This document shows, in pieces, positions 62,838-64,000 of a stretch of DNA of 64,000 nt. A program made the position numbers and the translations under genes. Source of the DNA: Camelus dromedarius (Eukaryota); contig NC_087436.1 of the NCBI RefSeq assembly GCF_036321535.1, positions 58,902,001-58,966,000 on the forward strand. Reading direction: 5' to 3'. The notes under the pieces were generated by a model. That model ran no database searches and was not told the origin of the DNA. It was given only the letters and a program-made list of their open reading frames with translations. Every line of letters begins with the position of its first letter. Within the stretch, counting starts at the first letter, position 1.

Positions 62838-62962
62838 GGGGGAGGATTTAGCTCAGTGGCAGAGTGCCTACCTAGCATGCACAAGGTCCTAGGTTCAATC
62901 CCCAGTACTGCCACTTAAAAAACAAGTAAATAAGCCTAACTACCTCCTTTAAAAAAAAAAAA
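62838..62962 (+). mobile_element. tRNA-derived SINE (camelid Vic-1-like)
   Basis: GGGGGAGGAT start, A box TAGCTCAGTGG (62849-62859), B box GGTTCAATCCC (62892-62902), tail aaataagcctaactacctcc plus polyA; degenerate TSD 62816-62837 vs 62964-62985 (17/22). Confidence 0.85.
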
Positions 62963-63499
62963 TGATATTCAATTAAAGCAGTGGAATACAAAGGGAAAGA
63001 GTTATATTCTTTCTAGATAGTATAAAACAACAAAACCCTACTAAAAGTTGGTCTGCTTTTTATTACAACCCTGATTCTAAATATTTTCAGTGATAGAATA
63101 CTCATTGACAAAAAAATCCTTTGTGATTTAAATTCTTATTAAAACAAGTACTGTACTTCCTGTTGAAGTATATGTATGCATACACATGTATCTTTTATAC
63201 ATGTATAGATATGTATTCATCATAGTTATATATGTATACTATACAAATATGTATATGCATATATATTTCAAACTAGCACTGCTTTACTGCTTATCTTTTG
63301 ATAGACATTATATTCTACATAAAGAATTACTCTGAGGACACAGCTACATAATCCTCCCTGACGCCTATCCCCAGATCTAGATATGTGTGTTTGTTTTCTT
63401 TTAAGCAGGAAATTCAAAATAAACAATGATTATTAAAAACAAGGAATAGAAATTGAACTACTTCATTTTTGTCATTCTTTGTGACCACTTGTACATTTT

Positions 63500-63960
63500 T
63501 TTAAATTAATAAATGTTTTTAGGACAATTATAAATTTACAGAAAAAACTGAGCATAAAGTTTCCATATGCCCTCCTCCCCTGCACAGTTTCCCTTATTAT
63601 TATCTTGCATTGATGTGGTACATTTGTTACAATTAATGAACAGTATAATTCATTACTGTTAACTAATATAAATAATTTTTGTTTATGTTCACCCTGTGTT
63701 GTAAAGATCCATAGATTTTTGACAAATGCATAATGTCATGTATTCACCATGATATTATCAGAGTGTTTTAACAGCCCTGATAGCCCCTGTGCTCCATTTA
63801 TTCATTCCACTACTTGCCCCTGAAACTCCTGTCAAATGCTTATCTTTTTTACTCCATAATTTTGTCTTTTTTCATGATGTCATATAGTTTGAAGCATATA
63901 CTAGTAGTCTTTTCAGACGGGCTTCCTTCACGTGACACAGTTTGCATTTAAGGTTCTTTT
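63500..63960 (-). mobile_element. L1MC2/3-like 3' end, antisense
   Basis: tttaggacaattataaatttacagaaaa...cacagtttcccttatt...gtggtacatttgttacaattaatgaac...ttttgacaaatgcataatgtcatgtattcaccat. Confidence 0.8.
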
Positions 63961-64000
63961 TATTCAGTTTTATTGAGAAATAACTGACATACATTATCAT

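Noticed and set aside
62838..62912. tRNA gene
   Set aside because: The stems are degenerate, and the unique tail, polyA and TSD mark it as a SINE.
1..64000. Repeat strand bias as proof of an enclosing gene
   Set aside because: LTRs split about evenly between strands and L1s occur on both, so intronic versus intergenic status cannot be decided from this.

Overview
AT-rich, CpG-depleted mammalian genomic DNA, most likely from a camelid (camel/alpaca/llama), judged from one tRNA-derived SINE at 62838-62962 that resembles the camelid Vic-1 family. I can support no host protein-coding gene, rRNA, true tRNA or CRISPR array. The ORFs with recognisable protein content are broken LINE-1 fragments; the rest look like chance frames in AT-rich or repeat DNA. 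The window is a layered transposon fossil record: L1 (young and old), L2, MIR, MaLR/ERVL LTRs and internal remnants, an ERV-type LTR, hAT and Tigger MITEs, and microsatellites. I see no convincing new biological system. The best leads are structural: an L1 whose 5'UTR is fused directly to ORF2 inside one TSD pair, a 5'UTR-only L1 fragment between direct repeats, an LTR carrying a PBS-like stub inside a 6-bp duplication, a MaLR-type LTR next to ERVL pol, template-switch micro-inversions, and three candidate cis-regulatory motif clusters. Repeat subfamily names come from my recollection of consensus sequences, not from a database search, and boundaries of old repeats are approximate.
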